Shown here: positions 33,206-44,304 of the stretch, in pieces
Layout: every line of letters begins with the position of its first letter
Numbering within the stretch: position 1 is the first letter of the stretch
DNA from: a virus
Taxonomy: Duplodnaviria; Heunggongvirae; Uroviricota; Caudoviricetes
DNA length: 64,000 nt
Virus record (IMG/VR): IMGVR_UViG_3300042259_000129
Strand: one strand, 5' to 3'
The notes under the pieces: model-generated
Seen by the model: only the letters and a program-made list of their open reading frames with translations
The model's database searches: none
Told to the model about the DNA's origin: nothing
Program-made: the position numbers and the translations under genes

Positions 33206-33621
33206 TGATAATCAATGAAACTCAGGGAAACCTGTTCAATTTTGTTAAAAAAGATACTGTGGTTGCTCATTGTATTGCAGCAGATGCTGAAATGGGTGCT
33301 GGTATTGCGGTTGATTTTGTGAAAAATTATCCACAAATTAAAAGACTTCGAAATGAAGTTCTTGAAGTAGGGAAAACTTATTATGTTTCCCCAGTATTAA
33401 ATATTGTAACAAAAAGACGAAGTTCCGGTAAACCCTCTTATGAGTCTATGTGCTTTGCACTCCAAAATATGGCAGAGGTAATGAGAAATAACATCATTAC
33501 AGAAGTCTATATGCCTAAAATTGGTTGTGGGCTTGATAGGTTATCTTGGCCCGCAGTTAAGGAACAACTTAAATATGTATTTGGAGACAGTGAGGTAACT
33601 TTTAATGTCTACTATCTATAA
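33205..33621 (+). CDS. Macro-domain protein (ADP-ribose binding/hydrolase).
   Basis: QGNLFNF...DTVVAHCIAADAEMGAGIAVDF...KIGCGLDRLSW follows the Macro-domain signature (GNLx...D.IVNAAN..L..GGGV...I). Confidence 0.7.
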   Translation: MIINETQGNLFNFVKKDTVVAHCIAADAEMGAGIAVDFVKNYPQIKRLRNEVLEVGKTYYVSPVLNIVTKRRSSGKPSYESMCFALQNMAEVMRNNIITEVYMPKIGCGLDRLSWPAVKEQLKYVFGDSEVTFNVYYL

Positions 33622-34099
33622 TATATTTGATGAAAACAGTATTGAAACTTTTAGGGGAGAACATGTCTTTCTAAGTAATTTTTATTTTTCCTTTGTTCTA
33701 TATAATGATATTGTATGGAAAACTGCTGAACATGCTTATCAAGCATCCAAAACCCTTGATCCAAAAGAGAAAAAATGGATTATAGATTGCCCTACTCCCC
33801 ATCTTGTCAAAGAAATAGGGAAGAAATTGACATTAAGAGAAGATTGGAATAATGTAAAAGTTCAAATAATGAGAGACATTATATATGAAAAATTTGAATA
33901 TAATAAGAGTATTAAAGAAAAACTTATAGCAACACACCCCTATATATTAATCGAAGGAAACTTATGGCATGATAATTTTTGGGGTGTATGTAAATGTGAA
34001 AAATGTAAAAAAGTAAAAGTAAAACATAATCATCTAGGCTTTATTTTAATGGAATTAAGAAACCGTTATGTAAATGAAAATTTGTTTTTTAAGGAATAA
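33605..34099 (+). CDS. NADAR-domain protein (YbiA/DUF1768 family; ADP-ribose processing or reversal of DNA ADP-ribosylation).
   Basis: FRGEHVFLSNFY...WKTAEHAYQASK...LIEGNLWHDNFWGVC...HLGFILMELR matches the NADAR conserved pattern (F.G.Y.FLSNF...EH.YQA.K...W..K...GxN.LG.iLM.vR). Confidence 0.7.
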   Translation: MSTIYNIFDENSIETFRGEHVFLSNFYFSFVLYNDIVWKTAEHAYQASKTLDPKEKKWIIDCPTPHLVKEIGKKLTLREDWNNVKVQIMRDIIYEKFEYNKSIKEKLIATHPYILIEGNLWHDNFWGVCKCEKCKKVKVKHNHLGFILMELRNRYVNENLFFKE

Positions 34100-34102
34100 T
34101 AA

Positions 34103-36130
34103 ATGTCTATAATTCATTTAGAAGAAGTCAAGATAAAGAATTTTCTATCATATGGATCTAATGTTTCAACATTTAAAATTGACCACGGGCTGACTTTGAT
34201 CTCAGGGCAAAACAAGGATACTTCACGATCAAATGGAGCAGGGAAATCTGGTTTAAATGAAAGTATTGTTTGGGCATTGTTTGGCAAAACAATTAAAGAT
34301 ATTACTAAAGATCAAATAGTAAATTGGAAGAATAAGAAAAAATGCTTGGTAGAAATTTCATTCTCTATTGATGGGATTAAATATAGGATTGAACGAGGAA
34401 TCAAACCTAATGTTCTAAAAATTTACAAGGGCGATAAAGAACTTGATTCTTTAGCTTCTGTCACAGATTTTCAAAAATATCTCGAAGAAGAAATTTTGAA
34501 AATTGATTACAAAACCTTTATTTCCTTGTTCTATTATAATCCAAATAACTTCGTTTCAATCTTTGATATTCCTAAAGCTCAGAAAAGAAAATTTCTAGAG
34601 AACATTTTCAATCTTGAAGCATACTCAGATATAAAGAATAAGATTAATAAAAAAGTTTCTAATATTGATAGTGCAATATTAGAGAACAAAACTTCTGTTT
34701 CGAAAAATGAAGAGAGAATTTCTTCATTAGAAATAAATGTTTCAAAATACACTTCTGATATTCGAAGTATTGACATTTCAGATACTCACTTACAGTTACT
34801 TCAGGAACAACTCAACGATATCCCGGATGATCTTCCTTCAAAAGAAGATATTGAGAAATATGAACAAAAGATTAAAGATATTGAAGTAGTTAAAAATAAA
34901 GCTGAAATAGCTTTTTCAGAAAAGAATGCTCTTCTAAAGGGAATTAGTTATGACCCTAATGCTGCTGACAAGTTAGAAGAATGTAAGAAGAATTTTACTA
35001 GTGTAAACTACGATGAGGAACTTGAAAAGCTTCTTTATGATGAGTGTTTCGATTATAAGGTAAAGAAAGAATCCATCCTTTCAGATCTGAAAAAGGTCTC
35101 ACAAAAAGGGCAATATGAAGATCTTGATAATTGTCCTATTTGTGGATCTAAAATGAATAATGAATCTATTAGAGAACACAAAGCAAAAGAAAAAGATAGA
35201 TTAAACAAGGAGCTTACTGAAGTAGAAGAAAAGGAAAACCTCCTTATTTCTAAGCATAATGATATTAAAAAATCTAATATGGATTATAAGTATTATGAAT
35301 CTGAAATTGAAAGATTAACAAAAGTAATTGAAGAAAATAGTAAGTATTTAGAGATTATGGAATCTATTAAGACTCTAAAGGAAACAAAAGAAAAATTCTC
35401 TAATACTGTATTTAATTGCAATTCAAAATTGAAAGAAATGAAGGAAAGGGCCTCATTGTACAATAGAGATCTTCTTCTTTCTCAGATTGAAAATGAAAAA
35501 AATAGAATTGAAGAAAGAAAAGCTCAGATTGAGAAGCTTGAAGAATACAAAGCAAATGCTATTTCTGAACTGAGTCTTCTGAAGAGTGAAAATGTTGAAC
35601 TCAAAAAGAAGAATACTAATCTTAGTCTTTTGAAGGATTATTATTCCTTCCTGAAGAAGCTCTGTGGTGATGACCAGATTAAGCAATATGCCATTAGTAG
35701 TCTAGTACCTATCATTAACCAGAGAGCTAACCATTACCTCTCAGAGGCAGCCGTAGGGTTTTATATCAAGCTTGATGGATGGCTGGATTGTGAAATCAAG
35801 GGAGCTGGAATTTCTAATGCAACAGCCAGTAGTCTTTCCGGGGGAGAAAAGAAATCTTTAGAATTGGCTCTTCAATTTGCTCTTTATGACATTTCAAAAT
35901 TAAAATGCAAAAATCTCCCAAACATTCTTATTCTTGATGAAATTTTGGATTCTTCTGTAGATGTTAAAGGTATTGAAAATCTTATGAATATTGTAACTAT
36001 CAAACAACGTGAAGACAATCTTGCTACATTCATTGTTTCTCATAGAAAAGAAATTAGTTCGTTTACATTTGATCGTAGGTTTAATATTATTAAATCTAAT
36101 GGATATAGCTCTATTAAGGAGGAAGTATAA
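34103..36130 (+). CDS. gp46: Recombination-related ATPase gp46-like (Rad50/SbcC).
   Basis: Walker A GQNKDTSRSNGAGKSG, zinc hook CPICG, ABC signature LSGGEKKSLELAL, Walker B ILILDEILD. 675 aa with no TGA. Confidence 0.8.
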   Translation: MSIIHLEEVKIKNFLSYGSNVSTFKIDHGLTLISGQNKDTSRSNGAGKSGLNESIVWALFGKTIKDITKDQIVNWKNKKKCLVEISFSIDGIKYRIERGIKPNVLKIYKGDKELDSLASVTDFQKYLEEEILKIDYKTFISLFYYNPNNFVSIFDIPKAQKRKFLENIFNLEAYSDIKNKINKKVSNIDSAILENKTSVSKNEERISSLEINVSKYTSDIRSIDISDTHLQLLQEQLNDIPDDLPSKEDIEKYEQKIKDIEVVKNKAEIAFSEKNALLKGISYDPNAADKLEECKKNFTSVNYDEELEKLLYDECFDYKVKKESILSDLKKVSQKGQYEDLDNCPICGSKMNNESIREHKAKEKDRLNKELTEVEEKENLLISKHNDIKKSNMDYKYYESEIERLTKVIEENSKYLEIMESIKTLKETKEKFSNTVFNCNSKLKEMKERASLYNRDLLLSQIENEKNRIEERKAQIEKLEEYKANAISELSLLKSENVELKKKNTNLSLLKDYYSFLKKLCGDDQIKQYAISSLVPIINQRANHYLSEAAVGFYIKLDGWLDCEIKGAGISNATASSLSGGEKKSLELALQFALYDISKLKCKNLPNILILDEILDSSVDVKGIENLMNIVTIKQREDNLATFIVSHRKEISSFTFDRRFNIIKSNGYSSIKEEV

Positions 36131-36576
36131 TGGATGAATGGAAGCGGGGGTTATCAGATGTAGAAATTACAAAAAGAATTTGGGATATCGTTAAAGATGA
36201 TAAGTATCTAGGTAAAGAGCTTGCTTATTATAATGAGGAAAATGAAGTAATATCCCTTTTAGATGGAAATTTAACTTTAACTGTCTTTGAAAATGATATT
36301 ATTATTGGATTCTCTTGTGAATTAGATTCTGCTAAAAGAATTATTGCTATATATACTTATCTAAGTGGTCTTATACATATTAAAGATTTAAAAATTGTTG
36401 ATGAATATTACATTTCATTTGATGAAAATGATATGCCAGAAATGTTATATGGCCATGAAGCAAGAATGAAATTTTTACAAGATAAATGTTTTAATGTTTT
36501 TAAAAATTTATTAGAAAATAAAAATATGAAAGATTATTTAGAAGATCTTAATATTGAAGATATGTATAAATGTTAA
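36130..36576 (+). CDS. Hypothetical protein.
   Basis: 148-aa ORF overlapping the gp46 stop (TAATGG). Confidence 0.5.
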   Translation: MDEWKRGLSDVEITKRIWDIVKDDKYLGKELAYYNEENEVISLLDGNLTLTVFENDIIIGFSCELDSAKRIIAIYTYLSGLIHIKDLKIVDEYYISFDENDMPEMLYGHEARMKFLQDKCFNVFKNLLENKNMKDYLEDLNIEDMYKC

Positions 36577-36588
36577 GGAGAAAAAAAT

Positions 36589-37638
36589 ATGACAACATTA
36601 AAAGAATTGAAAGCTAAAATTAATAAAAAAGTTAAGGGTGTACATTGTGAAATTTTAAGTGATAGTGAAATCATGAATTGTGATTCTTGAATCAGTACCC
36701 CAAGTTATGATTTAAATAGAATTATTTCTGGGGATCTTTTTAAGGGGCTGCCTGTTAGATCTATGAATTTTTTAGCTGGCATGGAAGCATCTTTTAAATC
36801 TTCATTTGCATGTATCTGTGCAGCTAATTCACAAAAAGAAGGATATAAAGTAATTATCATAGATACTGAAGGGGGACTATCAGGGGAATTTGTAAAAAGA
36901 TGGGGTCTAGACCCTGATGAGATATTATATATTTATGAACCAATTGTAGATAATGTAAGCTCTATTTTTGGACAATTACTTGAAGAAGAAGATGAAAAAT
37001 TTTTAATTATTTTAGATTCTATTGGCGGTCTTGAATCAAATAAACTTCTATCAGATGCTTCAGATGGAAATGTTAAATCAGATCAAGGTGGCCTCGCAAG
37101 AAAAATTAAGCAAATGATGAAGTTATTCACCACAATCATTAAAAAGAAAAGTTCCATTGGTATTTATACCGGGCATACATACGGAAGTCCAAATGCTGGT
37201 CTTTATGCTACTGAAGAAGAAATAGGTGGTGGTAAAGCTTGTAAATATTTAGCCGATTGTATTATTATGCTCAAAAAGTCAAAGAAATATGATAAAGATA
37301 AAACAGTAATTGGAAATGTAGTTAAAGCATACACGTTAAAAAATAGATTTTACCCTGCATTTAATAGATGTGAGGTTGATATTGATTATGTACATGGTAT
37401 TAACAAAGTTCATGGTATGTTTGATTTAGCTGAAAAATTTGGATTTATTACTAAGGCAGGGGCTGGTTGATGTACAAATGTTATAACAGGTGAAAAAGTT
37501 CAGGGAATCGAAAAAACTATTCCATGATTTAACAGGGAAATGTTAGAAAAAATAAATAATGAACTTAAAGCTACTGGATATAGTACGATCGATGAAGAAC
37601 TTAAGGAATCACTAAAAGATGTTTCTTTAGAAGAATAA
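36589..37638 (+). CDS. uvsX: UvsX-like RecA-family recombinase, with 3 TGA.
   Basis: Walker-like FLAGMEASFKSSF, then ...FGFITKAGAG[TGA]CTNV aligning with T4 UvsX LGFVVKPKNGWYAREF. Confidence 0.8.
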
Positions 37639-37696
37639 TATCTGGCGCCAATTTTAAAAACTCCTTTTTATAAATAAAATAAAAGGGAGTTTTTTG

Positions 37697-39187
37697 ATGT
37701 CAATAATATGTCTTATATGCAATATAGAATGTAAATCTATGAAAGCACTTAAAACACATTTAACAAAAAAACATAATATATCTTTTAAATTTTATTATGA
37801 TAATAATCTTAAAGTAGATAATATGGACGGTATATGTAAGTTATGTAAAACAAATGAAACATATTTTATAAGTTCTTCTGGCAAATATAAACCATTGTGC
37901 GAAAAATGCGGCAAATCCAGGAGTATTCATGCACTAAAAATTTTATATGGAGAGGAAGAAGGAACTAGAAGATACAATGAAATCTGTGCTGGTTGTAGTA
38001 GAGACTTAGCATTCTTCACCAACAAATATGGAGAGGAAGAAGGAACTAGAAGATACAATGAATGAGTTAATAAAACAAAAAATAATAAACAAAATTTTAT
38101 AAAACGACACGGGGAAGAAGAAGGATTAAAGAAATATGACGAATATTGTTTATCAAAATCTTTATCTAAAGAAAAATTTATTTATAAGCATGGAGAGGAA
38201 GAAGGAACTAGAAGATACAATGAATGATCAAAATCACATCTTACATTAGAAGAATATATATCAAAGCATGGAGAGGAAGAAGGAACTAGAAGATACAATG
38301 AATGAGTAAATTCTGCTAAAAATTCCAAAGAAAACTTTATTATTAGATATGGAGAGGAAGAAGGATTAAAGAAATATAATGAATATTGTAATAAAGTTGG
38401 CTGTGGTTTAAACAATTTGATTAGAATATATGGAGAGGAAGAAGGAACTAGAAGATATAAAGAAGTTTGCAGTAACAAAAAAGGCATTGGCTCTTTAAAA
38501 TATTGTATTAATAGATACGGAAAGGAAGAAGGAGCTTCTTTTTATAATAGATGAAGTAAGTCTAGTGTGCCTACATTAGATAATATGATTAGAATATATG
38601 GAAAGGAAGAAGGAACTAGAAGACATACCATATTTAGAGAAAAATCAAAACAAAATTTACACAATTTTATAGATAGATATGGAGAAGATGAGGGCATAAA
38701 AAGATATAATTTGTTTTGTGAAAGATCATCAGGAAATACTAGGTCGGTTTCCAAAGAATCCTTAAAGTTATTTTATGAATTGATAGATTGATTATTTGAA
38801 GAGAATATTGCAGATTTTAAAGATATTAAATGTGGTATACCAGAAAGTTCTGAATTGTGTATAACATACAATAATAGAAAAAATAGATTTATGTTTGATT
38901 TTACATTATTTGATAAACTTATAATAGAATATAATGGCAATGGATCTCATGTAAGAGATACATGATCTATAGATAAAAAAGAACAATGAAGGCATGTTTG
39001 AGACAAAGAATGTGACTATATTAAAGCACTTGAAAGGGACGCCTTTAAAAATAATATCGCTATTAATGCTGGTTATAAAATTCTTACTGTATGAGCAGAA
39101 GATAAATTTGAAGAAAATTTAAAGTTATGTAAAAAATTTATATTGGAAGAAATGATTGATGAAGAAACTGGAGAAGTAATTCTCTAA
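37697..39187 (+). CDS. Zinc-finger protein with 11 tandem YGEEEGTRRYNEW-type repeats and a C-terminal Vsr/DUF559-like (PD-(D/E)XK) endonuclease-type domain. About 497 aa.
   Basis: N-terminal CLICNIEC...H..H and CKLCK...CEKCGK. Repeats xxYGEEEG(T/L)(R/K)(R/K)YNE(W/Y). C-terminal FDFTLFDKLIIEYNGNGSHV...ILTVWAED. Confidence 0.55.
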
Positions 39188-39196
39188 TTAGGAAAA

Positions 39197-39256
39197 ATGA
39201 CTAATAAGTTATACATATAACTCATTAAAGAGCTTAATGTATAACTTATTAGTCAA
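39197..39256. terminator. Long inverted repeat (stem about 20 bp) at a convergent transcription boundary. Probably a bidirectional terminator.
   Basis: ATGACTAATAAGTTATACAT ... ATGTATAACTTATTAGTCA are near-perfect reverse complements. Confidence 0.55.
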
Positions 39257-39257
39257 A

Positions 39258-39749
39258 TTACATTTTGTATTTGATTTGCAACTTCTTTAAAATTCTTTTT
39301 GTTCCAAAATGAATAGGCGCAGGAATATCTTTAAAAGATGTAATTCATTTATAAGCTGAATGTTCCCAATTTAACTTTGGTTCAAATATCTCATCCACAG
39401 TTATTATAAAGGTTGTAAAAGTAAAATCTCCATCCTCAAAAATATCAAATGGTTTTTCTGAAATTTTAAAGGTGCCATTATATCGCAGTTCTTCTTTAAA
39501 TTCTCTTTTGGCTGTTATTTTTGGTCATTTATCAGAATCATCAACTTTTCCCGAAACAACAATGCTTCAAGTTCCTGCCTCTTTGACTTTTTTCCATCCG
39601 TCTATAGTATCTTTTTGTCTTTGAAGAACTAGGAAGGCTTTTTCCTTTTTAGCATATACAATGGCACCAGCAGCCGCCTTTCCAAAATAGGACCTTTTAG
39701 AATCACCACTCTTTAGATCCATTCTCAAAAATTTAATAAATTGTGTCAT
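39258..39749 (-). CDS. NUDIX hydrolase-like protein, with 3 TGA.
   Basis: Nudix-box-like AKREFKEELRYNG downstream of GKAAAGAIVYAKK. Starts right after a terminator hairpin. Confidence 0.5.
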
Positions 39750-39756
39750 AATGAAA

Positions 39757-39772
39757 GGGAGCCGAAGCTCCC
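39757..39772 (-). terminator. Hairpin GGGAGC-CGAA-GCTCCC downstream of the giant ORF.
   Basis: 6-bp GC-rich stem with a tetraloop. The identical element recurs at 58915-58930. Confidence 0.5.
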
Positions 39773-39778
39773 GTCTCC

Positions 39779-42700
39779 TTAACCTTTACATTCATCAACT
39801 AACATCAGAAACTGAGAATATAAACCTTCGGGGTCATCTACCATAAACTCATCAGTAAATGGAACTCGAACTACACCATTAAGATCTTTATCCGTATGGA
39901 AGGTTATACCGATACCAAACTGATTTGAATCAACATACATCTTGTTAGATTTCTTAATAACTTTCTTTTCAAAATCTTCCCAAGGCATAATTTCTTTAGC
40001 AGTTGGTACTGTACACTGATGAAACACAAATGTAATAACATTTTTACTTTTAATCATTTCTTGCTCCTGAAGATAATCTGCAAATCGTTTAAAATACTTG
40101 TTTTCTTTTAAAGCATTAGGATATTTAGCTTTAAGTTCTTTAATTCTTTTCTTATTTGTGAACATTACTTTATGAGCTTTTACAATGTTAATTTGAGCTT
40201 GAGGTCAACAAATTGCTCATTCGGGAGAACGAATTGAGTCGTTTCCGGTACCTGCAACATGATGATGAAGTCCATAATCCCCTAGATTTACTTCACATTC
40301 ATAGATTGTCCCAACTGTTCCTTCTCTTCTTGAGTAACCATCATCTCCAAGATATTGAGCAGCCTTTTCAATAACATTAGTTACATAAATTCCACCAACA
40401 GTATCTATTGTTCTCCAATGATATAAATCTGTTGGATAATCACTATATGTAACTCGTTTACCAGATTCTCGTGATGATACAGGAAAATATCCATTTTCTA
40501 AATATTCAATATAATCATTAGACTCTTCAATAGCATCTCCATCACTTTTAGGTTTAACTAAAAGCATATTATGAATATCAAGCATTCTGCCAACAGTAGA
40601 AGAATCGTTTGCAGGAATAACAGTAAACCCAAATCTTAAAATAAAGTTTGATGCTGTTAATCCTGAAGCATGGAAAGCTGGAATAAGTTCACTAGCTCCA
40701 AATCTTGTTCTAAATTGATCAAATTCAGGATATTTCATATTAACATTAAAGGATTCAATAAATTCAACAGCAGAATTTCCATGTTTTCCATTATAATATT
40801 TAGAATATTCAACAGACTTTTCATTAAGCTGATCTTGAGTTTCCTCAATTTTTTCCAAATTGATATCTGGAATGAGAGCATCTCCCTTTAATACTTGTTC
40901 AACACGCACAAAGTAATCTGCCCATTTTTCTCTTGGCTTCTTTCTAAGCATTGCTCCCTTAAATTCAAAGTTATTATATTTCAATAATGTTTTGATTCTA
41001 GAAGGGGTTAATTTAATTGAGGGTTTTAAAGGGTTATCATCATTGAAAATATCTTTTAATAGTGGATAAATCAAAAGTTGATCTTTCAATGTATTAACTA
41101 ATGAATTAGCAATTTTATTAGGAAATGCATCTAATAGATCATCAAGTTTTTGAAGTTTATCTTTATCAGATAACATATCTAACATGATATATTCAAGACT
41201 ATTGGTCTTATTTAAAAGTCTTTTACCAGAACTAATTTTATCCCAAACCCCTTGAACATTATCATTCTTAAAATATTCTATTAGGGCATCTACTCCATAA
41301 TCGTCATATAACTTTCCAATCATGAAAGAATTTCGATCTAAATATTCCGCAATATTTTCAGTAGCTTCCTTAGATGTATAGTATCCTGCTCTATTAAGAT
41401 ATTTTAATCTTCAATCATTATCTTCATGATTTAATAAGAAATCATTTATTTTGTCTTTTGAATCGAAATATTCTAAGGCAAAAGATTTTTTTAATTCATC
41501 TTGTTCATATACCGGAAAGTTATATACATAATCATATACATTTTTTTTATATCTTTCATCGTCCATATTGTCTGCTAAAAATTGTTGAACAAAAGCTTTA
41601 TCTAAAAATCCTTTCGAAATTAAATAATTAAAATCTCTTAGAATATGAAGACCTGAAATCTTAATTTTATATTTTACATGTTCTAACCATATATCTTTAT
41701 ATGAATTAAAAGTTTTTAAATTAAACCTATAGTCTTTAACTGAAAAGAAACCATATGTACTATCATCATTCTCTTTAATTATAGTTTTAATGGCTGCGTC
41801 TATCTTTATGCTTTTTGATAAATCATAATCACTATTTTCAAAATATTTAATAAAATTCTGTAATCTGTATGCTACTATTTTATTTAAATCTATAAACAAA
41901 TCGGGGTTCTTAAATATAAAATCTGCTTCAATTCCCCAATTTTGCACCGTACTCATATCGAACTTATCATCTATTAATTTTGTTAATAGTGTATAAAAAA
42001 GTAGAAACTCAGGCATAGATGTATTAAGCTTCCTAAAAATATTTTTAATAACTTTAACTTCGCCAATAATATATTTGGGGTGATAATTGTTTTTTGAGTC
42101 TCTTTCTATAGTTTTGACCAAATACGCAAATTTGGTCCAGTTTCCTTTATATGCAAAATAATTCAAACAATAAAGTCCAACCAAACTAAATTCTTCTCGT
42201 TCACTAATATAAACATCTATCCATTTAAATCCTGGGCCAGTCTCAAGTGCAAGATCCTCAATCAAATATGAATGATCTGTTTGATATTCTTTATGTAAAA
42301 AAAATGCCAAAGTAAGATACTTTCTAAGATCATCATTACTTGATTTTACTCGTTCAATAAATTCAGAATATGGTAAATTATAGTGTTCAATATATTCTTT
42401 TAAAGTTCAATTATTATCTTTCAAATGTTTTAAATAAAATTCATGAAAGGAGGTTGGATTTGTTCTCTTCACTAACTCAGAATTAAGAATTTCATATGAT
42501 AATTTATCACCAATTTTGTCTTTAAGTGTCAACATTGAATCAGCTCATCTATATGCTGCACTTTTTTTATCATCTAATAAAATCCATTTTTTTGCTATTT
42601 CTTTTGATGATCTACTCTCAATAGAAATCACAACATTTATAGTATCCAAAGTCATATATTCAGCAAAATGCCCTAAATAATCTACAATTTCAATTTTTTG

Positions 42701-43984
42701 ATCCCCATAAATGCCATGAATAAGAGTCTCAAAATCGTTTCCCCGCAGCATAATAATTGCTCTAATTATATTTTTTTCATTCAAACAATCTGGGAATGTA
42801 GATTTAAGAATAGAATCTAATTCATCAATATATTTGTCAGGAACTTTAGAAGCAATTTTTAAAGAGCCTCTTCATTCTGAAAAATATTTTTTTAAATCTT
42901 CAATAAAAAAAGAAGAAAAAGTTGTATATAGATCTTTTATATTATCTTTCATCTGAAGAGTTCTAACCATATATCTAAAATCAAAAAGAAGTGAATCTTT
43001 AAATGCATATTCAATAAAATATGGAGACAATCTAGAAAAATCTCCTTTAATTGGGGTATATAATTTTTCGATTGTAGGGAATTGCTTTTTGATTTCATCT
43101 GGAATTTCGTCAAACAAAAACTGCTTCATTACTGTTCTTGAAGGAGTATATCTCATATAAAGACTTCTAACAATAGTTTGAATATCACTAGAAGATTTAC
43201 TATTAGAAACCAGATACATTAGAAGATAATATGTGCTTAATTCAAGATCTAGTTGATTTGCATTAGTATATAAAGTAATATCCTGCCAAGTTGGAGCAGG
43301 AATTTCTTTTGGCTCATCAGTAGGGATAACTTGAGTTTTAACAGGAATATTTGTAGTCTTAGGTTCGCCTGTTAATGCAGATTTGACTGACGAAACTTTT
43401 GGGACAACAGTATCAACAGTTACAGGTGCGTCTGTAGCATCCTGGGTACTATCTGAAGGACTTGAAAGCCTTTTATATAATACCCTAAATTCATGTGCTC
43501 TCTTATGCTGCATCGCTAAACTGTAGAGTTCTGGAAGCATATCAGATAAAGTTTTATTTCCTTTCTTAAAATCTTTAAGAAGAGCGGAAATTTGTGGATA
43601 TGGGTATAAAGATGAAACTTTTATTCTTTTGATAATTTCGTCTCTAAACATATTTTCGTCCAGCCCACCCAATGTTCCCATTTTAATTTTGGCGAGCATT
43701 TTGGTAATCTTGGTCATAGTCATGTCAGGTATAACTTTTTTGTCATCAATGACTTTCAAAATAACCATTAGATCAGAATCTGTATCAGTAACTTTGTCTA
43801 GTCTTACTGTAGACTGTTTAAAATATTGAATGAGTTTGTTCTCATCTTTATATTTTGCATACAGACCAAGAAAGCCAAGAAAATTAATCCAAAATTCATT
43901 TGTAATTTTCTTTTCTTTTGCAAGGAATTTATCTTTCCCTTCTTGATCTTTTCATATATGATTTTCTATTAAATAATCTCTCAT
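39779..43984 (-). CDS. Giant hypothetical protein, 1401 aa, with at least 8 in-frame TGA. Function unknown. The C-terminal third has a speculative R...STV...ExE arrangement reminiscent of ADP-ribosyltransferases.
   Basis: Five track ORFs (42872, 42545, 41411, 40217, 39779) share one frame and are joined only by TGA. ATG at 43984 with a GGAG ribosome-binding site, preceded by a TAA. Confidence 0.6.
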
Positions 43985-44019
43985 TTAAACTGACTCCTAC
44001 TAAAGCATATTTTAATTAT

Positions 44020-44304
44020 TTATTCAATTTCATCTTTTCCTTCTTTCTCTGAAGGAATTTCTTCTTTATCTAACATTTCTAAAAGGCCTTTAAATTCACC
44101 AATATGAACTTTTTCTTCTCGAGCAACATCAAGAAGAACTTCCTTTACTTTTTTGTTTTTTACTTTTCTAGCCATCAATTGATAAAGAACAATAGCATCC
44201 TGTTCAGCAACAATAGCCATTCTTAAAATTTCATCATCAGTTTTATCATTGAGATTCATCTCATTAGATAACATCTCATTAAGCATAAATTCTTTAAATT
44301 TCAT
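44020..44304 (-). CDS. Small ferritin-like (rubrerythrin-type diiron) protein.
   Basis: ILRMAIVAEQDAIVLYQLMA...VAREEKVHIGEF (ExxH motif). Confidence 0.4.
   Translation of the reverse strand: MKFKEFMLNEMLSNEMNLNDKTDDEILRMAIVAEQDAIVLYQLMARKVKNKKVKEVLLDVAREEKVHIGEFKGLLEMLDKEEIPSEKEGKDEIE

Noticed and set aside
37940-38720. CRISPR-like periodicity: a ~35-bp repeat ggagaggaagaaggaactagaagatacaatgaa recurring every 73-91 bp.
   Set aside because: The repeats lie in a single long open reading frame and vary mostly at synonymous or conservative positions. They encode the peptide repeat YGEEEGTRRYNEW. There is no cas context and no leader.
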